Of a stretch of 64,000 bases of DNA, positions 54,201-64,000 are shown in pieces. The stretch comes from Geosiphon pyriformis uo1 (lineage: Eukaryota; Fungi; Glomeromycota): contig JAAOMT010000752.1 of assembly GCA_016748015.1 (NCBI GenBank), forward strand, positions 8,976 to 72,975, in the 5' to 3' direction. The notes under the pieces were generated by a model that saw only the letters and a program-made list of their open reading frames with translations, ran no database searches and was not told the DNA's origin. How positions within the stretch are numbered: position 1 is the first letter of the stretch; every line of letters starts with the position of its first letter. Position numbers and translations under genes: made by a program.

Positions 54201-55440
54201 TTTAATAAATTGATTAAGAACTTGCACCACGGTGTAGTAGTCTCTTTTGATAGCTAATATTTGACACAGAATTTGATTGAATTGTCCGAGATAAGTAGTT
54301 ATGGCTTCATGATCTTTTTGTTTAATTATGCTGAATTGATTCTGCAATCGGATTAATGTATTGGGGTCACAGAAGTATTGCAGAAATGCAAGTTTAAACT
54401 CGGTAAAAGAGGTAGGCTTCTCTGCCAGGCTCTGGTACCACGAATTGGCAGTTCCGGTCAGAAAGAACAGCAGTGCCTGAACTGTGTGGTCATTATTCCA
54501 ACCATTAGCAGTAATTGCTTTCTCGGCATCCGCAATCCAAGAATATGTGTTATCTTCTTCACCAGAGAATTTTTCCAATTTAGCGATATCCTGGTAAGCC
54601 ATGATCTGGTTAATGGATAGGGTGTTACTGGTTATATTTAAAGAGATTGGTGTCCGTGTATTCGAGTGTTCTTCAGGTGCTAATGTTGGTTGCTTTCCTT
54701 TGTCACTTGAACCAATAGGTTGTAAGATAGCTGTTTCTTCTGTCAGGGGAAATGCTGATTCTGCTAGGTTTTGTGCTGGTGGCTGTTCCCAAGTTGACGG
54801 GTTTCCTTCTGTTTGACCAGCTGCTGGGTTAAGATTTCCAAACAGTGATCTGTATTCTCCTAGTGATTTGGTCCAACTGTGTTGATTCCAAGGATGTGGA
54901 TTTCCAGAAGTTCGTGGTGTTTCTGACTGGGTTTCCGGGGGTGGGTTGAATACAATTCTACTTTGGGGTGTCTGATGGTATGATAGAGTTGTTGGGAAGA
55001 GGACTCTTGGTTTCTTGTTGACCGTGAACTTGGCTTGGGCAGTTACGGGGTTGTTGGATTTGTTTTCGTATTCTTCAGGGTCAGATTCTACTGGTTGTTG
55101 TACTTGAGAGAATCATTGTGCCATGTAATATTTAATGTCTGTATCGATTATGCGCAGAGTTTCAGTGATTGCTCGGGTAGTCGTGGCTGTTGAGTACTCT
55201 AGTAAGCTTTGATGGATTTGTTCTCCAAGTCTTCCTGTATCAGTTGCGTGGCCTAACAAGCAGTCAATTTTTGCGCTGATATAATTACAAAAATCACTTT
55301 TTGCATAAGCAGTTCCTGCTGGTATTCCTAGATCTTTTCAAAAGTATTGAAATAGTGCTTTTCTGTATAAGAAGTGGTCCTTTCCTATTGTTCCAATAGT
55401 CGTCACTTTTATGTATTTTTGAGAGTGCTCTGTCTCTGTG
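48248..55440 (-). pseudogene. gag-pol polyprotein of A: Gag-CCHC, protease, Cys-rich, dUTPase, RT, RNase H, integrase
   Basis: Gag 53607-54602 (CYYCQKSGHIAHDC), protease LILDSRSAGS, dUTPase RSSLA/GGIIDAGY/KIAQ/GINGFGSSG, RT YLDD, RNase H DASKNALGAVL, integrase DYLIKWPEA/SDQG/NGLVE. The gag, protease and Cys-rich ORFs share one frame. Confidence 0.92.
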
Positions 55441-55468
55441 GATTTATAACCTCACAGAGAGCACTAAA

Positions 55469-56562
55469 TGTTACGGGTAAACTTGGTAGGTATGAAAAAT
55501 GGTAATATTTGGTGCTCTCAATTATTGATGATGCATCTTCCGCGTAATTCTGTTGGCTTAGTCTTGATTATCAGTCTCTGAAGGTCTATTCTTAGATGTG
55601 AATTTTATCCGTTAAGTTTTTTGGTTATAAGGCATAGAGTTTGTCTTTTGTCGATTGCAATGTTTTTCGTAAATGTGAGCTTTCTTCTCCGAGCTAATGA
55701 GCACAGTCGTTAGGGTCTGGTGTTGTCTTTTCGCTCTTCTAGTAAGCTAACAAGATAATATTAATATCCAAAACTTAGGGAGAGCTTCTCTCTTTTACCA
55801 GGCTATTATGAAGTCTATTCTCAGACAGTCGATTTTACTATGTTGCTGCTTCACAAAAAATTAAGACAGAAAAAGAAAGAAAAAGAAAAAGAAAAGAAAA
55901 GAAAAAAGAGAAAAGATAAATTAGTATCGTCAATCACTGTGATCAAGAGTGATTGGTCCAAATTGTTAATAGGTTTGAGGCAGTTATGCTAAGAGCATCT
56001 GTTTTAGAATAGAGGTACAAGACAAGGGTTAATTCACGTAAATTTCACAAAGTTTGAGAACATGAATTCACGATTCTGATTTCTTTTAATAATTGGTTTA
56101 TTTCAGGAAATAAAATAGGGAAGATAATAAAGAATGAAGAGGTATGGATATTTTAATTTCTGGTTTAGAGGTTCGTATCTATTTTTTCTTCTTTGTCTTT
56201 TCTCACTTCTATAACTACTTGCTTTTATACATTCTTTTGGTTTTACAGGATTGCTTTCAATTGTCTTGCTATTGCTAGTTATTGCTTTGTTGTTTCTGTT
56301 ATTGCTTCGTTTTTCTATGTTATCACTAGTTATCCTATATTATAACATGTTATCTGATGTTATTACATGTTATTCTGTGTTATCCTGCATTATAACATGT
56401 TATCCTACGTTATTGCGTGCTATTCTGTGTTATCCTGTATTATAACACGTTATCCAATGTTATAACACATTATCTAACATTATTGCACGTTATTCTGTGT
56501 TATGTCATGTTTTTGGTCACGTTTCTTCATAACTTTGGATCGGTTTTTCTACTCAGGTAACA
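55469..56562 (-). repeat. 5' LTR of A
   Basis: tgttacggg...caggtaaca, next to the PBS complement. Confidence 0.92.
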
Positions 56563-56566
56563 CCAT

Positions 56567-59500
56567 TGATGACAGTTTCTTGCTGCAATCAATGGACACA
56601 AGCCTTGGCTGTCGATAATTGGATTGTTGTGGAGTGTGGTGGATGTAGGAATTATAAATGGCAGTGGTTGGTAGTGTTCCTTCTTCTTTTTCTTTTTCTT
56701 TTCCCTTATCTTTGTTCCATTTCCAACTGGAGGCTTCTTCTTGTTCATTGTCAGTCCAAGTCAGATCATTGGTTTCCCAGGTAAGTTCATTTGTCTGCTT
56801 TCCTTTCCTGTTGTCGTTCCAAGAGAGTATTGGTGGCAGCTTGTTGTGTTCTTTATCAGCCCACAACACTTGGTAGGCTTCCCAGGTAGGTTTTGGTTTT
56901 TTTTCTTCAAAGTTGATTAGTGGTGCCATGGTGTTGGTAGCCTTGAAGTGGCCACATATTGCTGATACTCGCATGTGTTGCCCGTTCTAGCTAAGTTGGA
57001 GCTCTTGTGTATTCCAGTCCAGAGTGGCATTCATCTTGGACAGTCAGTCATTACCAACTAGAGCTTGATATTGGGTGGCTTCTATAACAAGTACTTTGAT
57101 TGGTACTATGATGCTGTTAATTTTGATTGGTAAGTCATCGATTTCACTGATTGGAGTCTTGGTCGCTCTATCAGCCGTGATGATTTTGGCGCTAGCAGCT
57201 CGATTAACTCGGCAATCTAATTGATCCATGAGTTGTCGTGTGATGATGCTGCCTGCTGAACCACTGTCAAGAATTAGTTTGATATGATGGCCATCAATTT
57301 TCACATTAGTGTACATGGTGGTAATTGGCTTTTCTTCTAGTGCAGTTCCACTAAATAATGGTGTGTTTGACGGTTTCTTGAGTTCAAATAGAAAAATGGT
57401 ATACAGTAATTTGTTGTTGGTAATTGTTACTGGCAGAATATTGCTGGTACATGTTTGTTGTTTTTGGGTGGATTCCTAGTTGCTGGGTAAGGCATCTTCT
57501 GGGGTAACCAGAAGACTTAAATAGTTTTGGGAATTCCCAGTGCCCAAATTCTGTTGACAAGATCTTGTTTGACTGAAAGGACTGGAAATCAGCTGATGAA
57601 CTACCATCGACAATCTCCAGTTTTGCTGCATGATTCTCAGCCTTTGGACTCCACTGGCCAGTAAGTTTTGTGGTGGGGTCTGAATCATTTAGGATTGATA
57701 AATTGTTGGCAGTTATGGTTGATACATTACCTGTGGTTATTGCTGATAAATTGGGGCCGTTGGTTGATAAATTGGTGCTTGATATACTGGTGGTTGATAA
57801 ATTAATTGCTGCATCATTGGCAGGTAAGTAGTTTGATATTGTGTTGAGTTTGATTGATGATTCGGAGTTGAGAACCGGCAATTGGGGTTTCAATATTGAT
57901 TTTCCGATTATTGGTTATTTAAATGCTGACAACAGTTGATTTGAATATGTCTTTGTTTACCACAATAGTAGCAGATACGCGTTTCCTGTTGCCACTGTTG
58001 ATTGGTTGATGAAGATGGACATGGTTGATTTTGGCCATGAGTAGAGTTTCCTTGATTGTTGTATCATTGTGGAGGCTGATAAATGGCATGATTGTCAGCT
58101 AAGTATCCTTCTAATCTCTTATTAATTGTTTCACTGAACTTCTCCAATTTGGAATCCAATTCAGATGATCTATTCATTACTAGATTAATGGCTTGGACAT
58201 GATTGGCCTCTGACTCAGTGGATTCAAAATCTCTGGCACGTGTGACTGCGTCTTGAAGTGTGCCTGGATGCAATGGATATACATGTTGCAGGATGCTGCT
58301 GCGCAGGCCATAGATAAACTGGTTGAGGATCTGTAGTGCTGTGAAATAGTTGGCGTCAATTGCTTGAATTTGGTGCAGATTTTGATGGAAGCATCCCAGG
58401 TAAGTGGTGACTGCTTCAGTTTCTCTTTGTTTCATGGTGGTGAATGTGTTGACTAGGCAATTGATGCTGTTATTGTTGCTGAAGTATCTTAAGAATTCCA
58501 CTTTGAAGGCATCAAAATCTTGTGGTTTATTAATCAAGCTCTGATACCATAAATTGGCGGTATCCTTGAAAAAGTAGGGAATGGCTTGCATTGCTCGGGT
58601 GTCATTCCATCCATTGGCTGCAATGGCTTTTTCTACATCATTCAGCCATACTTGAGTGTCATTCTCTTTGCTAGTAAAGTTGTCAAGTTTTGCAATTGGT
58701 GCATAGGTCATTGGATCTAAGTTGAGTGGTTGTGGTGGCTGTTGCTGGAGTTGTTAAAGAGGTAATGGTTGTTGGGGTGGTACTTGAGGTGGTTGAATTG
58801 GCTTACCGATAGGCTTAATTGGTGGTTGATCAATGACAATAACTGGAGGTAGGTTTTGTTGATGAATTAACTCAGGGTTTTGATTTCTTCAATTTGGCAG
58901 GGTTCGAATATTTGGCATTTCGATTTCCGAATTTTCTAAATGTTGCTGAGTTTGAATGTTTGGGTTTTCTAGGATCGGTTTTGGTAATTAAATTCTTGAT
59001 CTTCGTTTTCTTTTTCTTCTGATTCAGTAATTTCTTAGAGACTGACAGTTCCAAAATTTGGCTGATGAGGCGGTGATTGAAATCCTGATGGTGTTGGCAA
59101 TCTTGATTTAAATCCTTCAAAATAATCACCATATGCTCCTAATAGCTTGTTTTTCTTTTGTTTACTCTGAAATGCAATTCTTGCTAGCAGTATCTTTGTA
59201 CTAGTGGATGCATTTGCTGATGCAATGTTGATGATACTTCTGGACATGTGATGGTATGATGGATATATTGGAAATTCAATTCTTTGTTTCTTCCAATTAG
59301 GAATTTGTATTTCTTTGGGTGTTACTGCTAGTGTCTGTAGTTTTCCTTTGCCCTTGTCTTAATAAGTAATAGGGAATGTCTTTTGTGTATATCTTTCAAT
59401 TTCTTGGTTGATTTCTCTGATGATGGGTGCAAAGCTGTGATTTCTTGGTAAGTTGGTGTGTTGGATTAGTTCCAAATAGAAATTTTCTCTTACTGATTCA

Positions 59501-59710
59501 ATATCAACTGGTCTTCTTAGGAAATTGGTGATTCTTTCATTGACATAGAAGTTGAAAGCTAATTCTGCTGGGTAATAGTTGTTGTTTAGGCCTAGCTGCT
59601 GGCTGTACTGTTAAAATAAGAATTTTGCGAATCCTAAATAGTTTGTCCCTATTATTTCTGATTCTGCCACTTTTGGTTTGGTGTTGTTGGTGCTGGTTTT
59701 CTGTAAGATT
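56567..59710 (-). pseudogene. gag-protease part of B
   Basis: Gag 58064-58711 (KLDNFTSKEND..WLNDVEKAIAANGW), knuckle CYYCGKQRHIQINC, protease LILDSGSAGS (57044-57316). Confidence 0.9.
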
Positions 59711-59732
59711 ATACCTTACAGGGAGCACCAAA

Positions 59733-60599
59733 TATTACAGGTGATTATTTCTGTTGTTGAATTAAATAACAAACCCATAACTTGGTGCTCAAAAGCTACT
59801 TCTGTTGATGATGTTCTGTAAGTATTGTATCTGAAGGTTTTGATGAAGTCCTTTGTATAATGAACAGAGATTCAATAGTGTTGATAGTAGATGTATCTTT
59901 TCAAAAGTTTTCCCAATTTCTTTCTCAGTGTGGTGGCTGGATTTAGTTTGGCAGTCGTGCCCTTCTGGTAAGCTATCCGATAATATATAAAATCCTACCC
60001 TTATTTCTGGGTCTTTTACCAGGCTATCCTTAACATCAATAACTCAGTGCTTACTCTTTTAATCAATTAGTATACAACAACAAAATCAAAAAAGAAATAA
60101 AATAAAATAAAGAAATAAAATAAAGAAAATAAAATAAAGAAAGTAGAAAAAATAAGCCAAGACAATTTGGTACGTTAGTATCTCATCAATAGCCATGATC
60201 AAGAGCTATTGTTCCAGCATGGTTAAGTATCAATTATTATTAACATGAAGTGTTAATAGTAGAGAATGAGTTGAGATATGAAATAATTATTTATATGATG
60301 ATTTGGTTTCTAGGCTAAGAATTCTGTGGTATCCATTCTGTCTTTTCTGTTTCTAACACTACTGCTATATATACATAATTGAGATTCCTCAATTCCTCAA
60401 TTCTTCACAACAGGAATCCTGGAATTTCTGAAATCCTGCGATTCTTATGAGAGGAATCTTAGAATTCTGGAATCCTGCAATTCCTCATCAAAGAATCCTG
60501 TAATTCCTGAGAAGAATCTTGGAATTCCACATTTACTATGCCTACTTCTGATTGGCTAATAATTATACTAATATATTTCCTATATTTCTATGAGTAACA
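59733..60599 (-). repeat. 5' LTR of B
   Basis: Homolog of 40213-41096, 17 bp shorter in the U3 repeat array. Confidence 0.9.
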
Positions 60600-60603
60600 A
60601 CGG

Positions 60604-61062
60604 TAATTGATAATACAAATTTTTTTCTTTTTTTCTTTCTTTTTATTTTATTTTCTATTTTTTTCTTTATTCTTTTGTGAAATAACAACATAGTAAAATT
60701 GACTGTCTGAGAATAGACTTCATAATAGCCTGGTAAAAAAAAGAAGCTCTTTCTAAGTTTTGGATATTAACATTATCTTGGTAGCTTACCAAAAGAACAA
60801 AAAGACAATACCAGACCCTAACAACTGCACTCATTAGCTCAGAGAAAATAGCTCACATTAATAAAAAGTTGTAATTAGTGAAAGCCAAATCTTTGTGCCT
60901 TATAACCAAATAACTCAACAGGTAAATTCACAACCAGTAAATAAGACTCTCAAAGACTGATAATCAAAACTAAGTCAATGGAATTACACAAAACATACAT
61001 TACTAATAATTGAGAGCACCAAATATTACTATTTCCCTATTCCACTAAGTTTATCTATAACA
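60604..61062 (+). repeat. 3' LTR of C, second part
   Basis: Matches 32318-32751; ends ctataaca followed by TSD GTAT. Confidence 0.88.
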
Positions 61063-61617
61063 GTATTTAGAGCTATGTTTACTGGAACTGTGAATTAACT
61101 AGTTAAACCAAAATTTTAAGTTTTTCTGTCACTTTTTCCCAATTGTTTTGTAATTAATTGATTGTAAACCCAAAATATTAATTAAAAATAGATAAATTGC
61201 TTGAGCAATTTTTTCAGTATGTTCTATTTTGAATAATTTTTCTGTTTTATTTTGTAACATAATTGTAATATCTCCTGTATATTCTGCATATATAACTCTT
61301 CTTCTAACATTTATTTTTTTGCTTGCTAATAATAATTAAGAAGCAATTTGAACTATTGCTTCTGGTGGAATTTTAAGAACAATTTTTAAGTTGATCTTTA
61401 TTAGGAATTTTGGTCAAAGTATTTTTTCTTAGATATTATAGAATATATTTTGTGTTGATTTTGTGGGCTATTTTTAGCTTAATTTTTTGTTCTTTATTAT
61501 CAAAGTATTTAAGTTGTATGGCAGACTGATTTTCAGTCAAGTAAATGAGTGTTGTTGTGATTTTTTCTTTTGGTTTAAGTTTTTCAAATTTGATTATGTA
61601 CTTATTATTTTTACTGG

Positions 61618-64000
61618 TATTACCAAAAATTTTTGGTCTCTTTTCTTGAATGTTGTTAATGCCTGTTTGCTGTGAATTCACATTTATTAGAAGTTATTAA
61701 ATCTCTAATAATTGAATTTATCTTTAAATTATCTCTTATAATTTGAACTACTGAACTTATAAGTGAAATGGCCAATTTTGTGCAAATTATCATTTGTAGT
61801 AACTTTGTAGTAAAAGTCAACTCTTTTCCAAAAAATTGCTTGTCTAAAAGCTTACTAAAGATGTATAGTTATTTTGCTTTAAAAGTCAACTTTTTTACAG
61901 GAATTTTGTCTATAAACTACTTTAATATTTATAATAAGAAATGTAAAAGAAAATAAAAAAAATGTAAAAAAAATAGAAAATTGTTAAGAAAATTGTTTTT
62001 TGGTTTAGGTTTGAAATTACTAACAGATTACTGAAATTAGTAGCTAATTAATTTCAAAACATTAATTGAGTTTTTAGAAGTTTTTAAGTGTAAATAGTTA
62101 AAAAATTTGGTTTTTAAGTATTTGATTTTTTTATTACTTTTTGTAAAGTTAATTAATTCGAATTAAGATGATTTTGAATAAAATATATTTGCTCAAAGAG
62201 AAAAGCTTTTCTTTTATACAACTTGTTATAATACTAGTCTATAAACTTAAACTTTCTTCTTTGCTATGATTTCGACAAACTAAAAGATATATTTTGACAA
62301 ACTACAAGTTATTTCAATAAACTATTAACTATTTTAGTGAATTATTTATTATTTTGATGAATTTCTATAAATTTTGGCAAATTCTTAAATGTTATATAGT
62401 GTAGAGTATTGTGTAATTTAATTATTTTAATTTCTATTATATAAATTGGATTATTAATTAACTAGTAATATTTGATAATTTGGTTAAATAATAAGTAATA
62501 ATTTGAGATAATATTAATATATGCTAATTAATAATAAGAATTATAAGAGTAATTTTATGCTAGTTAATAGCTAAAATTCTACTAGTAATATAATCTTCTT
62601 CTTAAAATTAAGCTCCATCAAAGTTCAAGTACTATTTGTAATATTAAAATAGTGATTTAAAATAATTATGGTGATTTGGTCTGAAAATTGTTGAAATTTC
62701 AGTTCTGTTAGTTTGCCAATATATTAAATTTTTATTAATTAAAGTATTGAATTTTGTAAGATATTTTTACAAGTATTGAATAAGTTATAAAGTTTAAGTA
62801 CTGCTCTAAGTTTATAATAAGTGTTTGTTAGTTTAGCTGTTGTTTTGAATTCATTGTGAATTTGTTTTTATATAGCTTTAAAAGTAAGATTTGTTGCTGT
62901 AAGTTCTAATTTTTGTTTATAAAGTATTTTTCTAATATGAAAATATCTATATATAAAGGTATATTTGTTATTTTGTTTATTAAAATACTACAAAAATTTT
63001 TGTTAGGTTGTGGCATTTGATAAAATGTTAATAGAAATGAATAAAAATTTTTTTTTAAAGCTTGCTTCAAAAGTTTTGGTAGTTAACTTCTAGAATAATT
63101 TTTGTTTTTTTTTATAAAAATAATGATTCTGAGAATTATTTACTATTGGTGTTATAGTTTTTTTCTGAATATAATTAATTTAACTTCTATTAATTGTTAT
63201 GAATAAGTCAAGAAGTGTTTTCAAATCTAATATTAATTTCTTGAATATTTGTTAAATATTTCATAGAATAATTATAATGAAGTAAAATACAGTTGTGAAT
63301 AAAATTTAAAAAGATTTTAAAAATAAAAATAAAATTTTGAAAGAAATTAAAATAGAAAAATATGAAAATATTTTTAGATATTGGGTTTTTATATATTTTT
63401 GGTTTTGGGTTTTTTTGTAATTATTTACTATATTTGTGTATTTTAATGTTAAATTAAATGTTTAGATTTGGTTTTTGTTTTATTATAATTATTTGTTTTA
63501 AGTTTTGGGAAATATTTTTGGGATTAATTAAAGAGAAATGTATACCAATTTGTAAAATTAATAGTTCAAAGTTGTTTCTGAAATAATAATGCTTTAATCA
63601 ATTTCTATATGTAACTTTTGCTAAAATTTTGTTATTAAATCTTAATTTATATGATCTATTATCTAGAATTTCATGAATATAAAATAGTCTATCCTATTTA
63701 TGTTCAAATTTTCTACTCCATTGTTTTTCAGCTTTAGTTCTGTGTAAAAAAACTTTGTTTTTTATTTTAAATTCATTGGTAATTAATGGCAATTTATTGT
63801 CATGCTATTTTTTTTGTTAAGCTTGAAAGTGTTCAATATGGGTGGTTGCTATTTGTTATTTCTTTTTTAATATACTCAGAAAAGTATAAGCTCTTTGTTA
63901 AAGTGTTTTCTAAAAGTTTTTTTCATTAATTGATTGCACAAAATATGTTTTTACAGTAAAGTTGATTGGTAATATTGCTGTTTTTCTATAGATTAGATTA
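61618..64000 (-). mobile_element. Element E (family D/E/F): 3' LTR 61618-62590, ORF3 and integrase 3' part, inserted into D
   Basis: Colinear with 19782-21230 + 28150-29040 but without the LINE. PPT and the FDGA end of ORF3 are at ~62591-62623. Confidence 0.8.

Larger units (their letters stand above)
46325..56562 (-). mobile_element. Full-length Ty3/Gypsy element A (innermost, youngest LTR element of the nest)
   Basis: Two 1094-bp LTRs (46325-47418, 55469-56562), PBS ~55450-55466, PPT 47419-47434. Inserted into B's Cys-rich region (KKLSSM|GACC). Confidence 0.95.
40213..60599 (-). mobile_element. Full-length Ty3/Gypsy element B (family B/G), containing nested A
   Basis: LTRs 40213-41096 and 59733-60599, TSD ATGG (40209-40212) / ACGG (60600-60603), PBS ~59714-59730, PPT 41097-41111. 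Confidence 0.93.
31739..61062 (+). mobile_element. Decayed Ty3/Gypsy element C (family A/C), with its 3' LTR split by B
   Basis: 5' LTR 31739-32751, PBS 32754-32770, PPT 39648-39663, 3' LTR 39664-40212 + 60604-61062. TSD ATAT/GTAT, from GCAT as seen in the uninterrupted homolog at 907-910. Confidence 0.9.
19782..61617 (-). mobile_element. Decayed Ty3/Gypsy element D (segments 19782-21230, 28150-31738, 61067-61617), host to the LINE, C/B/A and E
   Basis: 3' LTR 19782-20730 followed by a PPT complement, integrase ~28600-29900, RT ORF 30895-31125 (FCVDY), dUTPase ~61080-61500. The segments join across TSDs and align with uninterrupted F (890-930) and E (63060-63100). Confidence 0.8.

Noticed and set aside
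57384-57893. 169-aa Ser/Thr/Asn-rich, mucin-like ORF (also 16358-16681)
   Set aside because: It is a shadow frame of the Q/P/Y-rich gag-protease linker; the frame of 57476-57688 is the one that continues toward the protease.
61618-64000. Segmental duplication of 19782-29040
   Set aside because: The homology starts exactly at an LTR terminus and lacks the LINE, so it is an independent insertion of the same family.

Overview
This window is almost entirely transposable-element DNA from an AT-rich eukaryote. The element types suggest a Glomeromycota/Mucoromycota fungus such as Geosiphon (inference only). I found no host gene, rRNA, tRNA or CRISPR array. It resolves into a nested stack of decayed Ty3/Gypsy LTR retrotransposons with TG...CA LTRs, 4-bp target-site duplications (TSDs), a shared primer-binding site (PBS) TGGTGCTCCCTGTGAGG and polypurine tracts (PPTs). 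The nesting order is H > D > C > B > A, with G (carrying a solo LTR) inserted in H, E in D and F in I. One full-length LINE (APE-RT-RNase H-CCHC, 10-bp TSD) is inserted in D. Three related LTR families (A/C, B/G, D/E/F) share an unusual layout: one gag-pol frame with Gag-CCHC, protease, a Cys-rich multi-CxxC domain, a dUTPase, a degenerate dUTPase-like segment, RT, RNase H and integrase without a chromodomain, then an uncharacterised ~220-245 aa extra ORF ending F-x-G-A at the PPT. In two families, U5 carries an inverted copy of the LTR-end/PBS that can fold over the PBS. All copies are riddled with C>T/G>A transitions. A perfect Tn5 mosaic-end (Nextera adapter) at 3120-3138 marks a probable chimeric assembly join.
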